Below, one piece after another: positions 18,967 to 28,832 of a stretch of DNA of 64,000 nucleotides. Positions within the stretch are counted from its first letter, which is position 1. Every line of letters begins with the position of its first letter. Location: NCBI GenBank assembly GCA_021813905.1, contig JAKAJH010000004.1:53654-117653 (forward strand), written 5' to 3'. Source of the DNA: Bacteroidota bacterium (GTDB taxonomy: Bacteria; Bacteroidota; Ignavibacteria; UBA10030). The translations under genes and the position numbers were made by a program. The notes below the pieces were generated by a model, which ran no database searches, was not told where the DNA came from, and was given only the letters and a program-made list of their open reading frames with translations.

Positions 18967-20640
18967 ATGAAACTCGTGCTTCTCGCGCCCATGCTCCTTC
19001 CCTTCCTGACCATCGCCTGCGCGCCCAACGACACGGAAGACCGTGTCCGCGCATTCATCGCGCATCATCAGTCTGTCGTGGAGCCGAAGCTCCGCGCCAT
19101 GAATCTGGCGTCATGGAACGCCAGTGCGACCGGCGAGAAGCGGTACTATGACGAGCAGGCGGCGCTGGAAATGGATGTGCGACGGATCTACGCAAGCAAG
19201 GATGAATTTACGCAACTCGCCCGCTGGAAGGCTTCCGGCTCGGTGCAGGATTCGCTCCTGATGCGGCAGCTGACCATACTGTACAACTCGTATCTCGCGA
19301 GCCAGATGGACACGGCTCTGATGCAGCGGATCGTGGACCAGAGCGCCGCAATCGCCGAGCGGTTCAATACGTTCCGACCCGTACTGCACGGCCGCGAAGT
19401 CAGTGACAATGAGATCGACGATGTGCTCCGCACGGAACGCGATCCGGCGAAGCGCCGCGCCGCCTGGGAAGCCAGCAAGGAGGTCGGCGCCGCTGTGGCA
19501 CCGATGATCGTCGAGCTGGTGAAGCTGCGGAACAAAGCCGCGCGGGGGTTGGGATTCGACAACTACTATGTGATGTCGCTGACCGTCGCCGAGCAGGACG
19601 AGCGCGACATCATGGCCCTGTTCGACGAGTTGGACTCCCTGACGGAGGAGCCATATCGGATGGTGAAAGCCGGCATCGACGCCCAGCTGGCGCGCCGTTA
19701 TGGCATCACACCGGCGGCTATGCGTCCGTGGCACTATCAGGACCGCTTCTTTCAGGAAGCGCCTCAAGTCGGCGTTGTCACTGTGGACGCTTACTTCCGC
19801 GGCCGGAAGGTGGACCAGCTGGCGCGCAGCTTCTACGGGGGCATCGGGCTTCCCGTCGATGACATCCTGAAGAACAGCGACCTGGAAGGACGCCGCGGCA
19901 AGTACCAGCACGCCTTTGAGACCGACATCGATCGCAACGGCGATATCCGTGTAATGCTGAGCATTCAGGACAATCAGTACTGGATGGGGGCGATGCTCCA
20001 TGAGCTGGGACACGGCGTCTTCTCGAAGTACATCCGGCGTGATCTCCCCTTCTTCCTCCGCACCGAATCGCACGCATTCGTCACCGAGGCAATCGCGGAA
20101 CTGATGGAGCGCCAGGCGGACAACGCCGATTGGCTGGCGGAGACCGTCAACCTGCGGGGCGCGGAGAAAGAGCGGGTGCGTACCGTCAGTGAAGAGAATC
20201 TGCGGCTCCGGCAGCTCATCTTCAGCCGCTGGTCACAGGTCATGGTCCGGTTCGAACGCACACTCTACAAGAATCCCGACCAGGACCTGAATACGCTCTG
20301 GTGGGATCTGGTGGAAAAGTACCAGCTCGTCCATCGTCCGGAGCAACGGAATGCGCCCGACTGGGCCGCCAAGATCCATCTCGCGCAGGTGCCCGTTTAC
20401 TATCACAACTATCAGCTCGGCGAACTGGCGGCCTCGCAGATCAATCATGTCCTGGCAAGCGATGTTTTACGAACGACGAGCATTCACCCGTCGTACGCGC
20501 GTCATCCCGAGGTCGGCGCGTACCTGAAGGACCGGCTGTTCGCGCCCGGCGCCAGCCTTCGCTGGGATGAACTGATGCGTGAGGCCACCGGCGAGCCGTT
20601 GACGGCAAAGTACTTCGCCCTGGAGTTCGTCGGCCGCTGA
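18967..20640 (+). CDS. M2-family (angiotensin-converting-enzyme-like) zinc peptidyl-dipeptidase, lipoprotein
   Basis: HELGH-x..-RDLP-x..-TEAIAE parallels the ACE HEMGH...KDLP...HEAIGD zinc site. Signal peptide + lipobox MKLVLLAPMLLPFLTIAC. Confidence 0.55.
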   Translation: MKLVLLAPMLLPFLTIACAPNDTEDRVRAFIAHHQSVVEPKLRAMNLASWNASATGEKRYYDEQAALEMDVRRIYASKDEFTQLARWKASGSVQDSLLMRQLTILYNSYLASQMDTALMQRIVDQSAAIAERFNTFRPVLHGREVSDNEIDDVLRTERDPAKRRAAWEASKEVGAAVAPMIVELVKLRNKAARGLGFDNYYVMSLTVAEQDERDIMALFDELDSLTEEPYRMVKAGIDAQLARRYGITPAAMRPWHYQDRFFQEAPQVGVVTVDAYFRGRKVDQLARSFYGGIGLPVDDILKNSDLEGRRGKYQHAFETDIDRNGDIRVMLSIQDNQYWMGAMLHELGHGVFSKYIRRDLPFFLRTESHAFVTEAIAELMERQADNADWLAETVNLRGAEKERVRTVSEENLRLRQLIFSRWSQVMVRFERTLYKNPDQDLNTLWWDLVEKYQLVHRPEQRNAPDWAAKIHLAQVPVYYHNYQLGELAASQINHVLASDVLRTTSIHPSYARHPEVGAYLKDRLFAPGASLRWDELMREATGEPLTAKYFALEFVGR

Positions 20641-20656
20641 TCCCCGCGAGCGCCCT

Positions 20657-21214
20657 GTGGAACAGCCGGAAGCATTCGAAGCGCGCCAGCAAATTCTCAC
20701 CGGGCTTCACGCCGGTGAATCGCTCCTCTGGAGCGGTCAACCGCCGACCGGGCTGCTCTTCCGACCCGGTGACTTCTTCATGGTCCCGTTCAGCCTCTTC
20801 TGGGGCGGCTTCGCATTCTTCTGGGAATACATGGCCATTCGTGGCGGCGCTCCGCTCGTCTTCTGCCTCTTCGGCCTGCCGTTCGTACTCATCGGCTTGT
20901 ATCTCATCATCGGTCGATTCTTCATCGACGCACGGATGCGTGACACCACGATCTACGCGATCACCAGCGAGCGCATCCTGGTGGAGACCGGACTGTTCAG
21001 CCGCCGAACGATCTCCGTCAGGCTCCGGGACGTTGGTCCGGTCACGCTGACCGAGCGTGCCGACGGTCGTGGGACGATCTCGTTCGCATCCGGCGTGCCG
21101 CTCTCCGGGCGACGTTCCGCGGCAGCCGGGATTACGTTCGAGCTCATCGAGCAGGCACGAAACGTTCACCAGATCTTTGAATCCGCACAGTCCCGTCATC
21201 GCGCAATATCCTGA
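20657..21214 (+). CDS. Membrane-anchored bacterial PH-domain (bPH_2/YdbS-like) protein, GTG start
   Basis: Two TM helices, then IYAITSERILVETGLFSRRTISVRL. Confidence 0.45.
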   Translation: MEQPEAFEARQQILTGLHAGESLLWSGQPPTGLLFRPGDFFMVPFSLFWGGFAFFWEYMAIRGGAPLVFCLFGLPFVLIGLYLIIGRFFIDARMRDTTIYAITSERILVETGLFSRRTISVRLRDVGPVTLTERADGRGTISFASGVPLSGRRSAAAGITFELIEQARNVHQIFESAQSRHRAIS

Positions 21215-21222
21215 GACTTCCT

Positions 21223-22011
21223 ATGACACCCAATACACCGGCGTCTGACCGGAACCCCGTTCTTCTTTCCGCCATGCACTGGAAAGAAGTGAAAGACCGG
21301 GAATTCGATCTGGTTGTGCTCCCGTGGGGCGCGACGGAACCACACAACCTGCATTTGCCCTTCGGCACCGACATTATCGAGTCCGAGGTGATCGCCGAAC
21401 GGTCGGCGCGCTATGCCGCCGATCGCGGAACGCGCATCGCCGTTCTCCCGACCATTCCGTACGGTGTCAACACCGGTCAGATGGACCTCCGGCTGACGAT
21501 CTCCGTGAATCCCAGCACGCAGCTTTCAATCCTCCGCGACATCGTCGAGTCACTGTCCGGTCAGGGGATCCGGCGGTTGGTGATCCTGAACAGTCACGGC
21601 GGAAATGATTTTCGGCCGGCGATCCGCGAGCTGAAGCCGCGCTTTCCCCGGATGTTTCTCGGCCTCATCAACTGGTACCAAATGCTGGATCAGCGGCGGT
21701 ACTTCACCGCGCGGGACGATCACGCCGGAGAGATGGAAACGAGCATTTTGCTCGCGGTGGCACCGTCGCTCGTCCTTCCGCTGAACGAAGCCGGGGAAGG
21801 GACGGAGCGGCCCTTCCGCCTGAAGGCCCTGCGGGAGCGCTGGCTCTGGACGCCGCGTGCCTGGTCCCGGGCAACGGAGGACACGGGCGTCGGGAATCCG
21901 AAGAACGCGCGGGCAGAGAACGGCGAGCGATTTCTCGCCGATCTCACCGCCGCGATCGGTGACGCGTTCGTCGAGCTCGCCGCCGCCGATCCCGAAGAAC
22001 TCTACGAGTGA
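21223..22011 (+). CDS. Creatininase-family amidohydrolase
   Basis: LPWGATEPHNLHLPFGTD...LNSHGGN...EMETS motifs. Confidence 0.75.
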   Translation: MTPNTPASDRNPVLLSAMHWKEVKDREFDLVVLPWGATEPHNLHLPFGTDIIESEVIAERSARYAADRGTRIAVLPTIPYGVNTGQMDLRLTISVNPSTQLSILRDIVESLSGQGIRRLVILNSHGGNDFRPAIRELKPRFPRMFLGLINWYQMLDQRRYFTARDDHAGEMETSILLAVAPSLVLPLNEAGEGTERPFRLKALRERWLWTPRAWSRATEDTGVGNPKNARAENGERFLADLTAAIGDAFVELAAADPEELYE

Positions 22012-22017
22012 ACATCC

Positions 22018-22395
22018 ATGACCGGACTCGGCAATATCCTGTGGTTTATCCTGGGCGGAGGCGTTCTGATTTCCGCGATCTATCTCATCGGCGGGCTGCT
22101 GCTGTGCTGCACGATCGTGGGCATCCCGTTCGGCATTCAGTGCATCAAGCTCGCCGCCCTGGGGGTGGCTCCGTTCGGCGCGGAGATCGTTTCGGCGGAG
22201 CGCGGGAGCGGCTGCCTGTCGGTGGCCATGAATCTGCTCTGGATCCTCGTCGGCGGCTTCTGGCTGACGATCGTGCATCTCGTGTTCGGATTGTTGTGTG
22301 CAATCACGATCATCGGCATTCCGTTCGCGCGTCAGCACGTGAAACTCGCCTCGCTGGCTCTCGCCCCGTTTGGGCGGAAAATTCAGTATCTTTGA
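22018..22395 (+). CDS. yccF: YccF-family inner-membrane protein (DUF307)
   Basis: Duplicated GIPFG...KLA..APFG motif in a 125-aa hydrophobic protein. Confidence 0.7.
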   Translation: MTGLGNILWFILGGGVLISAIYLIGGLLLCCTIVGIPFGIQCIKLAALGVAPFGAEIVSAERGSGCLSVAMNLLWILVGGFWLTIVHLVFGLLCAITIIGIPFARQHVKLASLALAPFGRKIQYL

Positions 22396-22444
22396 GTAAT
22401 CGATATTCCTCCACGCACATTTGAGTACGATATCCGGAGTCTGC

Positions 22445-23464
22445 ATGGCAACGAAGACCATCCTCGTGACCGGCGCCAACGGCGAGATCGGCCACGGCCT
22501 GATCGAGCACCTCGCGGAACAGGGAGGCGTCCATATCATCGCCATGGACCTCGTTCCCATCGACAAGTCGGTCCGCACCCGTTGTCACCGCACCGTCACC
22601 GGCGACATCCTTGACACATCGCTCCTGGAGAGTCTCTCCACCGAACACGACTTCGACACTATCTTTCATCTGGCGGCTCTTCTCTCCACGCGCGCTGAGC
22701 GGCAGCCCACGCTGGCCCATCGCGTGAATGTGGACGGGACGCTGAACCTGCTGGAGATCGCCGTGACCCAGTCCCGATTGCAGGGACGCGAGATCAAGTT
22801 CATCTATCCCAGCTCCATCGCGGTCTACGGCCTTCCGACGCTCGCCGCCAAGCATGCGGCCGGTCGCGTGCAGGAGGACCGGCATCTCGAGCCGCGTACC
22901 ATGTACGGCATCAACAAGCTGTACACGGAGCAGCTCGGCCGGTACTACGCCAATTTCTACCGACAGCTTGACGCAGAGATATCAAAGGGGTTTGTGGATT
23001 TTCGCGGTGTCCGCTTCCCGGGACTGATCTCGGCGACGACGCTGCCGACCGGCGGAACCAGCGATTTCGCGCCGGAGATGCTTCACGCGGCGGCACAGAA
23101 CAAACCGTACGCGTGCTTCGCCCGGGAGGATGCGCGCATCCCCTTCATGGCAATGCCGGACGGAATCACCGCCCTGCTGAGACTGCGCGAAGCACCGCGG
23201 GCCCGTCTGACCCGTCACGTTTACAACGTCGGCGCATTCAATCCCTCGGCGGGCGAGATCCTGAACCTCATCCGAAGATCCTTCCCCGCCGCCAATGTCC
23301 GGTTCGAGCCCGATACCAAGCGCCAGGCCATTATCGACAGCTGGCCGGAGGATGTGGACGATTCGGCGGCCCGGACAGATTGGGGCTGGTCGCCTGCCTA
23401 CGACCAGGAACGGGCGTTTGCGGAATACCTCGTTCCGGCCGTGCGCGAACGCTATCACCGGTAG
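22445..23464 (+). CDS. NAD-dependent epimerase/dehydratase (extended SDR; L-threonine 3-dehydrogenase-like)
   Basis: ILVTGANGEIGHGL Rossmann motif, YGINKLYTEQL (YxxxK). Confidence 0.75.
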   Translation: MATKTILVTGANGEIGHGLIEHLAEQGGVHIIAMDLVPIDKSVRTRCHRTVTGDILDTSLLESLSTEHDFDTIFHLAALLSTRAERQPTLAHRVNVDGTLNLLEIAVTQSRLQGREIKFIYPSSIAVYGLPTLAAKHAAGRVQEDRHLEPRTMYGINKLYTEQLGRYYANFYRQLDAEISKGFVDFRGVRFPGLISATTLPTGGTSDFAPEMLHAAAQNKPYACFAREDARIPFMAMPDGITALLRLREAPRARLTRHVYNVGAFNPSAGEILNLIRRSFPAANVRFEPDTKRQAIIDSWPEDVDDSAARTDWGWSPAYDQERAFAEYLVPAVRERYHR

Positions 23465-23596
23465 GGAGTGGCATTTCAGTCATCCGTTGATTTAATTGAT
23501 TCATGCTGAAACTCGAAGCCCTCGCTGTGCGGGGGCTTCCGTGTGTCTCGCGGTGTGCTGTGCGAAATACCTGAATACTGAAGAAAGGAAGCATCC

Positions 23597-24754
23597 ATGC
23601 GTATCGGAATTCTTACCGGGGGCGGCGACGTTCCCGGCCTGAACTCCTGCATCAAGGCCGCCTCGATGCGGGCGATCGATGAAGGACACGAAATGGTAGG
23701 CATCCGCCGGGGTTGGGCGGGCCTGCTGCACTATAACCCGGACGATCCGTCCACGCACGAAGACCTCATCACCCCCCTGACCAAGAAGACCGTGCGAACG
23801 ATTGATCGCACCGGCGGCACGTTCCTGCACACGTCCCGGACGAACCCCGGTCGCGTCCGTCCCAAGGACATGCCGGATTTCCTCAAGGGGAAGTTCGAGC
23901 ACCCCAATGGAACGGACCCCGCAGATTGCACGCCGCATGTGCTCCGCGTGCTGGACCAGCTGAAACTGGACGGCGTCCTGACCATCGGCGGCGACGATAC
24001 GCTCAGTTACGCGGTGCGCCTGCACAAGGAAAACTTTCCGGTCGTCTGCATTCCGAAGACGATGGATAACGACGTGCATGGCACCGACTACTGTATCGGA
24101 TTCTCGACTGCGGTCACGCGGAGCGTTGACTTCATCCACTCGCTGCGGACGCCGACCGGATCCCACGAGCGCATCGCCGTGGTGGAGCTGTTCGGCCGGT
24201 ACTCCGGTGAAACGTCCCTTATCTCCGCATACCTGGCGGGCGTCGATCGCGCCATCATCTCCGAAGTCGATTTCGACGTTGACAAGCTCGTGCGCCTCAT
24301 CGTCGAGGATCGAAAGAGCAATCCGAGCCAGTACGCAATCCTGACCGTGTCCGAGGGCGCGAAACCGCTGGGCGGCGATATGTTCCTGACCGGCGAGGCC
24401 GACGCGTACGGACATAAGAAGCTCGGCGGGATCGGTGAGTACATCAGCCACGAGATCGAGAAGCGATCCGGCGTGGGGACGGTCTTCCAGCAATTGGGCT
24501 ATCTGATGCGCAGCGGTGCCCCGGATGCACTGGACCGCATGGTGTCGACGACCTACGGCTATCTCGCAATGGATCTGATGCTCCAGAAGCGCTCCGGCCG
24601 GATGGTGGCGCTGCGCGACGGCAAGTACACCACCGTCTCCGCCAACACCATCACGGAAGGAAAGAAGCGGGTGGACGTGGACGAGCTGTACGACTTGGAG
24701 CTCTACCGGCCGAAGGTCTCCCATCTGCTCGGCAAGCCGATGTTCCTGTACTAG
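23597..24754 (+). CDS. pfp: Pyrophosphate-dependent 6-phosphofructokinase
   Basis: [16 protein letters not shown]; GGDD (not GGDG) and PKTMDND (Lys, not Gly) are the signatures that separate PPi-PFK from ATP-PFK. Confidence 0.8.
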   Translation: MRIGILTGGGDVPGLNSCIKAASMRAIDEGHEMVGIRRGWAGLLHYNPDDPSTHEDLITPLTKKTVRTIDRTGGTFLHTSRTNPGRVRPKDMPDFLKGKFEHPNGTDPADCTPHVLRVLDQLKLDGVLTIGGDDTLSYAVRLHKENFPVVCIPKTMDNDVHGTDYCIGFSTAVTRSVDFIHSLRTPTGSHERIAVVELFGRYSGETSLISAYLAGVDRAIISEVDFDVDKLVRLIVEDRKSNPSQYAILTVSEGAKPLGGDMFLTGEADAYGHKKLGGIGEYISHEIEKRSGVGTVFQQLGYLMRSGAPDALDRMVSTTYGYLAMDLMLQKRSGRMVALRDGKYTTVSANTITEGKKRVDVDELYDLELYRPKVSHLLGKPMFLY

Positions 24755-24774
24755 CCGGCTGCGCCGTACGAATC

Positions 24775-25449
24775 ATGACTCCCCTCTCCGGAGGGGAGTC
24801 GCTGTTTTCGGAGGTTCCCATCGGCACGAAGCTCTGTCCTAAGATCATCCTCGAAGGCACGCGGCTCACGCGCAAGACGGAGCTGGCCTTCCTCCTTAAC
24901 GAACATCCCCGCATCGTCGGTCCCCGCAAGTACCGTTACCATTCGCCGCTCATCTCCGCCGAATGGTGCGCGTTCACGAACTTCCCCTGGGGCCGCGGTC
25001 CCATCAACTACAATCCCGAAGAAGAAGCGCAGGCGATGGAGACCTACGCCACCTGGATGCAGCTATTCGAGCTCCAGCGCTACTATTCGTGGATCATCGA
25101 CCGGTTTCATCTTTCGACGCGCGCGTTCCAGTTGCAGCACCGCGGGCATGATGTGGAATTCGGTTGGCTGGAGGAGCGGCTCCTGGCGGTGGGATTCCAC
25201 CTGGTCTTTCTGCACCGATCGCCGGACAGCTTTGAGCGCGCCCGTGCGCAGCGCCTTCCCGTGTCCGGAAAACCGTCGCAGTACGACGATCTCTCCGTAT
25301 TCGTGCGCGAGCAGGAAGTGATGCGCCGGCTCGCCCGGGAGTCCCGCCTGCCGCTGCTCGAGATCGACATCTCGAACGACGATCTGGCCGGCGCTGCCGG
25401 TCGGATCGCCGACTGGATGGAACAGACCGGGGGGCTGTGGGCGAAGTAG
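24775..25449 (+). CDS. Hypothetical protein with a degenerate P-loop-like N-terminus
   Basis: KIILEGTRLTRKTELAF resembles a Walker-A position but lacks the Gly-rich loop. Confidence 0.3.
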   Translation: MTPLSGGESLFSEVPIGTKLCPKIILEGTRLTRKTELAFLLNEHPRIVGPRKYRYHSPLISAEWCAFTNFPWGRGPINYNPEEEAQAMETYATWMQLFELQRYYSWIIDRFHLSTRAFQLQHRGHDVEFGWLEERLLAVGFHLVFLHRSPDSFERARAQRLPVSGKPSQYDDLSVFVREQEVMRRLARESRLPLLEIDISNDDLAGAAGRIADWMEQTGGLWAK

Positions 25450-25534
25450 CCCGTCGGTCGCATCCGGCGGCGTCCCTCCGGTTGCATCAGTCCGGTTCAT
25501 TCCGCACATTGTGCCGAACTGCAGGAGGAACCCG

Positions 25535-26017
25535 ATGAAAAGGACCTGGAAGACCGTGGGACTGGGAACACTCGCCGCGCTGATCGTGATCCAGTTTGTC
25601 CGTCCGGGACGCACCAATCCCCCCTTCGATTCTGCGCTTTCGCTCGATTCGTCCGGCACCGTGCCGCCGGCGGTGCTGGCCAAACTGCGGGCATCCTGCT
25701 ACGATTGCCATTCGAACGAGACACGCTGGCCGTGGTACAGCGCCATCACGCCGGTAAATTTTCTGATCGCGAGCGACGTCAACGGCGGCCGCCGGCATAT
25801 GAATTTCTCCGAATGGCGACTCATGAAGCCGGAACGCATGCAGTCCCGTCTCGGCAACATCTCTGACGAAGTCTCGAGCCGCGAAATGCCGCTGCCGATC
25901 TATCTTCTCATGCACCGCGACGCACACCTCAGCGATGCGGATGTCAAACTCATCAGCGACTGGGCGGACGCGCGACAGGACAGCATGGCGGTACTCACGG
26001 GAGCGGGAGGAAACTGA
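25535..26017 (+). CDS. Haem-binding-domain protein (CxxCH), membrane-anchored
   Basis: N-terminal TM, then ASCYDCHSNETRWPWYS, typical of the PF14376-like haem-binding domain. Confidence 0.5.
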   Translation: MKRTWKTVGLGTLAALIVIQFVRPGRTNPPFDSALSLDSSGTVPPAVLAKLRASCYDCHSNETRWPWYSAITPVNFLIASDVNGGRRHMNFSEWRLMKPERMQSRLGNISDEVSSREMPLPIYLLMHRDAHLSDADVKLISDWADARQDSMAVLTGAGGN

Positions 26018-26047
26018 TCTCCGCAGCGACTCTCCCGGCTGAAACGG

Positions 26048-26073
26048 CAACGCCATCCCTCGGGATGGCGTTG
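26048..26073. terminator. Hairpin between convergent genes
   Basis: AACGCCATCCC-TCG-GGGATGGCGTT perfect 11-bp stem. Confidence 0.4.
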
Positions 26074-26102
26074 GTGTGTACGCTTGGCCGGACGGAAGTG
26101 CC

Positions 26103-26897
26103 CTACTCGACCTGTGGCGGCTCCCACCCGTCGCGGCTCCATGACTCCAGCTCGACAACCACGCTGCCGATCAGCACTTTCATTTCCGCCCGGATGGGCA
26201 CCGCTGCACGGTCGTCGCTGAACCAGCCCCGGTAATCCCCCGTCAGACCGAAGATGCCTTTCACATCGAGGCGGCCGGTCAGTTCGACCGTGCGGATCGG
26301 TCGGGGACAGGCATCGACTGAAACGTCCTCGCGGTTGCGGGCGGCGGTGCCGATCGTCATGCCGACGCGGCCGTAAGACACCGTCGGCACGGTAAACGCC
26401 TGCGGCACCTGCACAATCCGACGGGCGAAGAACACCAGCGAGATCCCGTCCTGCACATCACCCGAGGGAAGCGGAAGGGTGTCGCACTGCCGGATCGATC
26501 CCCGGGGACCGGACGGAAACGCGCACTCAAACTCTTCCATCCGCACTGCCCGCCGGTCCTGTTCGTACTCGTACTCCGTCCCGACCCAGACATTGCCGTC
26601 CTGCTCATACGACCGGAACGAAAGAGTCTTGCCGAGCGAATCAAACTCAGTTTCCGCACGAAAATGCAGACGCACGAACGGAATCCCTGCTTTCGAATCG
26701 ATGGCGGCCGTGACACGCCGTAGTCCTGTACTGTCCGGATTCGACGAGAGTTGTGTGACCAGGCGGATCCTGCCGATCGTCAATCCCGCCCAGGAAACAC
26801 GGTACGTCAGCCGTTCTTCCACCACACCAGCGCTGTCAGGTGCGAGAGCGGGAAGTTCCGCCAGCGTCAACACCGCGAGGATGGAAACGAGGAACAT
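26103..26897 (-). CDS. DUF3108-like secreted protein
   Basis: Signal peptide, then YRVSWAGLTIGRIRL motif. Confidence 0.45.
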   Translation of the reverse strand: MFLVSILAVLTLAELPALAPDSAGVVEERLTYRVSWAGLTIGRIRLVTQLSSNPDSTGLRRVTAAIDSKAGIPFVRLHFRAETEFDSLGKTLSFRSYEQDGNVWVGTEYEYEQDRRAVRMEEFECAFPSGPRGSIRQCDTLPLPSGDVQDGISLVFFARRIVQVPQAFTVPTVSYGRVGMTIGTAARNREDVSVDACPRPIRTVELTGRLDVKGIFGLTGDYRGWFSDDRAAVPIRAEMKVLIGSVVVELESWSRDGWEPPQVE

Positions 26898-26900
26898 GCG

Positions 26901-28016
26901 TCACCCGAAAAGCAGCGATTCAACGTACCGGCCGATGGCCGGCGAAGAGGTCAGACCCGGCGAATCGATACCCACGAGATTAACCAATCCCGTAAGACCT
27001 CGTGACCGTTCGTGCACGATGATGAAATCGCGAAGCGGTCCCCCTTTTTGCTGAAGCTTCGGCCGGACCCCGCTCATGTCGGGCACGATATCGCCGTCGC
27101 TGATCGTCGGCAGAATGCGCCGGATGGACGCCGAAAAGGCGGGGCGCTTGCCCTCGTCAACACGAAAGTCGGGAGACCGGTCGGGAAGGTATTCCACATC
27201 CGGACCGAATTTGAGACGACCGCCCAGGTCCAGCAGCGCGTGAACCCCGAGCCCTTCGTCTGTCGGCACCGGGTACACGAGCCGCGTGACGAGTCCGGCC
27301 TTGGACGGTACAATGGCAAAATACGAGCCTTTCACATAGTGCAGGCGGTAGCCCGCCTCATCCACATCGATGCCTGCCAGCGCCGCGATCGTATCCGATT
27401 CCAGTCCCGCCGCGTTGATGACGATCTCCGCTTCGAAAGCCGAGTGCGTGCCCTGCTCGTCGAGGTGCAGCCGGTATCCGCCGGAGACGCGCTCGATCCC
27501 CACGACCCGGCACCGCGTCTGGACCATGCCGCCCCGTTCCGCGATCGTACGGTGGAAATGATCCATGAGCGCGTGCACGCTGATGATCCCGGTCGTTGGA
27601 GAGAACAGCGATCCGAAAGTGTTGATGTTCGGCTCCAGGGCGAGCGTGGCGGTCCGGTCGAGGCGTTCGAGATGCACCCCGTTCCGCTCCGCATTCGCCG
27701 CGATCGCATCAAGTTTATCCGTGTCGTCCGGGACCGAGGCGCTGATGATTTTTGTCAGTTGGCGATGAGGGATATCATTCGCCTTGCAGATGGCATAGAG
27801 CTCTTCCCGTCCCTCCACACACAGGCGCGCCCGCAGGGAGCCCGGCGGATAGTAGATGCCCGCGTGGATGACTTCGCTGTTTCGGCTCGAAGTCTCCATG
27901 CCGTACTGCTCGTTCTTCTCCAGAACCACGAGCTGGGGATGATCCTCGGCAAGCCGTGCGCCGATGGCCAGGCCAACGACTCCCCCACCGATCACCGCAA
28001 TCTCAAGATCAGCCAT
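26901..28016 (-). CDS. lhgO: L-2-hydroxyglutarate oxidase / FAD-dependent oxidoreductase
   Basis: IAVIGGGVVGLAIG...NSEVIHAGIYYPPGSLRARLC, very close to LhgO. Confidence 0.7.
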   Translation of the reverse strand: MADLEIAVIGGGVVGLAIGARLAEDHPQLVVLEKNEQYGMETSSRNSEVIHAGIYYPPGSLRARLCVEGREELYAICKANDIPHRQLTKIISASVPDDTDKLDAIAANAERNGVHLERLDRTATLALEPNINTFGSLFSPTTGIISVHALMDHFHRTIAERGGMVQTRCRVVGIERVSGGYRLHLDEQGTHSAFEAEIVINAAGLESDTIAALAGIDVDEAGYRLHYVKGSYFAIVPSKAGLVTRLVYPVPTDEGLGVHALLDLGGRLKFGPDVEYLPDRSPDFRVDEGKRPAFSASIRRILPTISDGDIVPDMSGVRPKLQQKGGPLRDFIIVHERSRGLTGLVNLVGIDSPGLTSSPAIGRYVESLLFG

Positions 28017-28084
28017 TCAAAGCTCCCGACAAAGAAATGCCCGCGTAAGATAGCACAACTTTGCAAGAAACTGCAACGATCCGC

Positions 28085-28115
28085 TTGAACGCCGGCTTCC
28101 CGTTGCGTATTTTTG
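28085..28115 (+). promoter_or_regulatory. Bacteroidetes-type sigma-A promoter (TTG ... TAnnTTTG) upstream of thx
   Basis: TTG at 28085-87 and TATTTTTG at 28108-15, 20-nt spacer, about 45 nt before the ATG. Confidence 0.35.
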
Positions 28116-28159
28116 AAAGAAGTACTCTGTACACCATTTCAACCGGGAGCAAGGAAACC

Positions 28160-28288
28160 ATGGGAAAAGGCGATCGTCGCAGCAAGAAGGGCAAGATCTT
28201 CCGCGGAACGTTCGGCAAGAAGCGCCGTCCAAAAGTGCATCAGACCAAGGCGGTCCGACGGAAGTCCGCGCCGCAGAACCCGGCCTGA
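28160..28288 (+). CDS. 30S ribosomal protein Thx (bTHX)
   Basis: MGKGDRRSKKGKIFRGTFGKKRRPK matches the Thx signature GKGDRRTRRGKIWRGTYGK; AAGGAA RBS. Confidence 0.7.
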   Translation: MGKGDRRSKKGKIFRGTFGKKRRPKVHQTKAVRRKSAPQNPA

Positions 28289-28337
28289 GGCGTCATCGGG
28301 CAACCGAACGCCCCCGGTCCGCATTGAGGAGTCCTCC

Positions 28338-28826
28338 GTGCGAGACTCATTACAGCACGATGTTCGTTTTCTGGTGCACCTTCTTCGGGAAGGATACGAC
28401 CGGAAGGCATGGCACGGTCCGAACCTGAAGGGCGCACTGCGTGGGCTGACGGTTGAACAGGCATCCTGGCGTCCCGCCCCGGGACGCCACAATATCTGGG
28501 AGATCGCGGTGCACGCGGCGTACTGGAAGTATGCCGTGCGGCGTCGCATCACCGGCGAGAAACGCGGATCATTCCCGATCAAAGGGAGCAACTGGTTCAA
28601 GCGACCAATGGTCATCACGCGCGAATCGTGGCGGGAAGATCTGGCGCTGCTGGACAGCACCCACCGCTCTCTCCTCGACGTCGTGTCCCGCATCCACCCC
28701 GCGGTGCTCGACAGAAGACCGCGCAACAGCACCGTCACCACGCGGATGATAATCGCGGGCATCGCCGCCCACGACATCTATCACGCCGGGCAGATCCAGC
28801 TCCTCAAACGGCTCATGGAGCAGTGA
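28338..28826 (+). CDS. DinB/DinB_2-family metal-dependent hydrolase-like protein (GTG start)
   Basis: WRPAPGRHNIWEIAVHAAYW ... AAHDIYHAGQIQLLKR four-helix DinB pattern. GAGGAG sits 7 nt before the GTG; no in-frame ATG follows the thx stop. Confidence 0.6.
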   Translation: MRDSLQHDVRFLVHLLREGYDRKAWHGPNLKGALRGLTVEQASWRPAPGRHNIWEIAVHAAYWKYAVRRRITGEKRGSFPIKGSNWFKRPMVITRESWREDLALLDSTHRSLLDVVSRIHPAVLDRRPRNSTVTTRMIIAGIAAHDIYHAGQIQLLKRLMEQ

Positions 28827-28832
28827 CCCCGC

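Noticed and set aside
23597-24754. Calling the phosphofructokinase ATP-dependent (pfkA)
   Set aside because: GGDD and PKTMDND indicate a PPi-dependent enzyme.
28113-28337. N-terminal 75 codons of the 237-aa ORF 28113..28826
   Set aside because: It overlaps the thx gene in another frame and is Arg/Ser-rich. The conserved DinB-fold region begins only at GTG 28338.
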